DNA of 64,000 bases from an uncultured Thermoplasmatales archaeon (GTDB lineage Archaea; Thermoplasmatota; E2; UBA202; DSCA01). Shown here in pieces: positions 61,379-64,000 of the stretch; position 1 is the first letter of the stretch, and each line of letters opens with the position of its first letter. Location: NCBI GenBank assembly GCA_964414415.1, contig CAYPWJ010000001.1, forward strand, positions 7,007-71,006, in the 5' to 3' direction. The notes under the pieces are model-generated. The model had not been told where the DNA came from. It did not search any database and worked only from the letters and a program-made list of their open reading frames with translations. Both the position numbers and the translations under genes were made by a program.

Positions 61379-61846
61379 ATGATATCCATTGCGGCCATCG
61401 TTTTCTATTTTTTTTATCGTCGTCGGTGTCTTCATAGCCATGGAGGGCGTCGCCTGGCTGCTCCACCGGTACGTGATGCACGGCTTCGGCTGGTACGTCC
61501 ACGAGGACCATCACCGCTACACCACGGGCCGCTTCGAAAAAAAAAAAACGACCTCTTCGACCTCACGTTCAGCGTGCTCTCCTTTCTCCTCATCATGACT
61601 GGGTTTTTCAACGAGATATGGGTGATGCTGGCCGCCGGCATCGGCATCATGCTCTACGGCATCGGCTACTTCATTGTCCACGACGTCTTTTTCCACCGGC
61701 GCATCAAGATAAAATATCGACCGAAGAGCGCCTACCTGAAACGTGTACTCCACGCACACGCGGTACACCACCAGCAGAGCACCGCCCACGACGGCGTCTC
61801 CTTCGGCTTTCTCTACGCCGGCGGGCAATACGCCGTGAAGGACTAA
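61379..61846 (+). pseudogene. crtZ: Beta-carotene hydroxylase interrupted by two compensating homopolymer frameshifts
   Basis: [21 protein letters not shown] lies in a shifted frame between T8 (61408-61415) and A12 (61537-61548); NDLF, HDVFFHRR, HAVHH and SFGFL lie in the start frame. Confidence 0.8.
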
Positions 61847-62069
61847 AGCGCTTCTCTTTCTCGGTGGTGCCCATCAGTCAGCTGGTCATTAACTGGTCAT
61901 TAACAAGAGATATACCCCCGGGTGGGCGATTATCAGGCTTTTCTTGGCCGCCACTGTAACGCCAGCATTAGTTTCTTACCAGCTTTTTGGTGTTTCCGCG
62001 GTTTGCCGTCGCTGAAATGGTTCCCACCCATTGTGACAGGGATACCTTTAAGTATCAGGCTGGAAATAG

Positions 62070-63203
62070 GTGGCGATGAGCCGGACAGCATGTGTCGCTT
62101 TATTGCTCATGGCCGTATTCTGCCTGGGTGCCACCGCCCCGGGTGTCATCGACCATGATCCCTCTTCATCCAGCCTGGCTGACGCTCCGGCGAGCGCAGG
62201 CAGTGATGCATCGCAGGAGATACACATCGCGCTCTACGACTGCGGGTGGAACAACCGCTACTTCGACGGCATCTTCAACTACAGCTGGACGCAGGGCAAC
62301 GACTCCTATCGATTCGACGTGACCGTGGTTGATGCAGACGACGTGCGCGGTGACGGCGACGTTTCCTTCAACGCCAAGCGCTTCGACGTGTTGCTCATCG
62401 GGGCCAGCGCCTCCGCCTATCTGGTTGACGGCGTCGACGATGCTTGGCGGAGCGCCGTGCGTTCTTTTGTCGCACAGGGCGGCGGTTATCTTGGCATCTG
62501 CGGCGGCGCCAACGCGGCCAGCATGGGGTTCGAGGAGCCGCAGAGCCTGTTTCAGCGCCGCGTCAACCAGGGTGTGCTCCGCATCGCCGACGTCTGGATC
62601 AACGACGACGTGGTCGGTGAATGGCAGTACCTGCTCAAGTTTGGATTCGATGCCTTCTCCAGGGACTACGAGAACGGCAGCTTTCCCTACTATGTCAGCG
62701 TCGACACCAGGGTTGCTGATGCCCATCCTGTCTTCGCCGGCTACGACGGCGATACCCGCTACATCACCTACGCCGGCGGCCCCGGTATGTATCCCGCCGG
62801 TCAGGGCGACGACATGCACGGCCGGGTGTCGACCCTGCTGCGTTACAACGAGGAGCCGATGGAGACCAAGCCGCTGCATTACTGGCGTCCGTCGCTGGAT
62901 GGCTGGACGATATGGAGGAATGTCACCACTGACATCAAGGGAACCGCTGCCGCCGTCGCGACGACCTACGGCGCGGGGAACGTGGCGCTCTATGGGCCGC
63001 ATCCCGAGCATCGCGTCGTGGTCAACGGCACCGTCCGGGAGTACCTCGGCCATGGCATCCCGAACGTTGCCGGTCCGGTGGAGCGGTACGTGTTCAACTA
63101 TTTCGGTGAGATGCTGGGCGAGGAATACAACTGGTGGATCGTGCGGCGGAGCGCTGCCTGGGCTGCCGGGCTGCCAGCGCCGGAGCTGCCGCCCGTTGGA
63201 TGA
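62070..63203 (+). CDS. Secreted class I glutamine-amidotransferase-like (BPL_N-like) protein
   Basis: Signal peptide; FV..GGGYLGICGGA nucleophile elbow; G.G.V.L.GPHPE. Confidence 0.7.
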   Translation: MAMSRTACVALLLMAVFCLGATAPGVIDHDPSSSSLADAPASAGSDASQEIHIALYDCGWNNRYFDGIFNYSWTQGNDSYRFDVTVVDADDVRGDGDVSFNAKRFDVLLIGASASAYLVDGVDDAWRSAVRSFVAQGGGYLGICGGANAASMGFEEPQSLFQRRVNQGVLRIADVWINDDVVGEWQYLLKFGFDAFSRDYENGSFPYYVSVDTRVADAHPVFAGYDGDTRYITYAGGPGMYPAGQGDDMHGRVSTLLRYNEEPMETKPLHYWRPSLDGWTIWRNVTTDIKGTAAAVATTYGAGNVALYGPHPEHRVVVNGTVREYLGHGIPNVAGPVERYVFNYFGEMLGEEYNWWIVRRSAAWAAGLPAPELPPVG

Positions 63204-63209
63204 ATATCA

Positions 63210-63977
63210 TCAGGGCTGCAGGGTGCCGAAGAATATCTGCCAGGCCAGCGCCGACTTGGCAACGAGGCTGAGCACGATGTACATCCGCTCGCCGTAGAGG
63301 TAGTCCTTCCACTTGCCGACCTGCTTGTACTGCAGCGCCATGTTGACCGCAAAGAGGTTGAAGAAGACAGCTATTGAAACGTATATACCGATGACGAAGT
63401 CGGGTATCTGCCCGCCGGACTGCACGCTGGCACCGACAAGGGATATGGCGATGACAATCCAGGGGACGATGCCGGCGATGCAGCCGATGATGTAGCTCGT
63501 CCAATTGGTCCGCTCCGTCGTCTGGTTGTGCAGCTCCATCATGAGACCGCAGAGGTTCATGACGGCCGTTAGCGTGAACAGGGCGATCAGGGTTCCCAGG
63601 TCAAGTATGTTGGTCAGCATGGCGATGATGACGATCATGAGCGACGCGCTTATCGAGTACTCGTACCACCGTGCGGGATTGATGTGCTTTTTGAGCTTGC
63701 GTTTGTACCAGTTGTAGCCGATGGTGGCCAGCGTGAAATGCGCGATGGCCGATATGAGGAGGAACAGCGCCACCAGCGGCGCCAGCTGGATTGACCCGAG
63801 CGTGGCGTTCTGGGCGACGAGTCCCTGCCCCTCGATAAATTGTGGGTACGAGTAGGTGACGTTCCAGGTGTTGTCGTTGCTCAGCCAGAACATCAATCCG
63901 GACTGTATAAGGTGCAGGACGCCCATGACGGCGTTGAACCGCCGGAGCTTCAAAAACGTGGATTCATTTGCTTCCAT
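63210..63977 (-). CDS. heR: Heliorhodopsin
   Basis: RRFN..MG.LH..Q, AH, NPARWYEYSISAS.M, GE..YIVLSLVAKS.LAW (retinal-binding Lys); 7 TM. Confidence 0.95.
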   Translation of the reverse strand: MEANESTFLKLRRFNAVMGVLHLIQSGLMFWLSNDNTWNVTYSYPQFIEGQGLVAQNATLGSIQLAPLVALFLLISAIAHFTLATIGYNWYKRKLKKHINPARWYEYSISASLMIVIIAMLTNILDLGTLIALFTLTAVMNLCGLMMELHNQTTERTNWTSYIIGCIAGIVPWIVIAISLVGASVQSGGQIPDFVIGIYVSIAVFFNLFAVNMALQYKQVGKWKDYLYGERMYIVLSLVAKSALAWQIFFGTLQP

Positions 63978-64000
63978 GCAATCCCCTCTTCCTTAATAAA

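Noticed and set aside
63210-63977. Proton-pumping rhodopsin
   Set aside because: Has the heliorhodopsin motifs RWxEYS and SLVAK rather than DTD/DTE and DxxxK

Overview
Archaeal chromosomal segment with high-GC coding and acidic proteins. Gene content (LonB, split RpoA'/RpoA'', PKD-rich surface proteins, heliorhodopsin) suggests Thermoplasmatota; this is an inference, not a database result. Housekeeping blocks are rpoA1-rpoA2-rpl30e-nusA, smc-scpA-scpB, lonB, a 2-oxoacid:ferredoxin oxidoreductase operon, pyrH, rtcA, rpl1-rpl10-rpl12, ileS, tRNA-Gln and an intron-containing tRNA-Glu. Five items stand out. (1) A ~16 kb surface cluster in which two class III signal peptide (type IV pilin-like) proteins flank a dockerin-bearing protein and a membrane-anchored double-cohesin protein. 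(2) A cyclic 2,3-diphosphoglycerate operon (cpgS, pgk2) coupled to a CBS protein and a tandem active/degenerate metallophosphoesterase, a candidate cDPG hydrolase. (3) A crtI-crtB-crtY/crtZ carotenoid cluster next to a heliorhodopsin, where crtZ carries two mutually compensating homopolymer frameshifts. (4) A LuxE-like ligase coupled to a transglutaminase-like gene with no LuxC/D. (5) An RpoA'' with a long helix-hairpin-helix N-terminal extension. No CRISPR array, rRNA or transposase was recognised. All calls come from reading motifs by eye.
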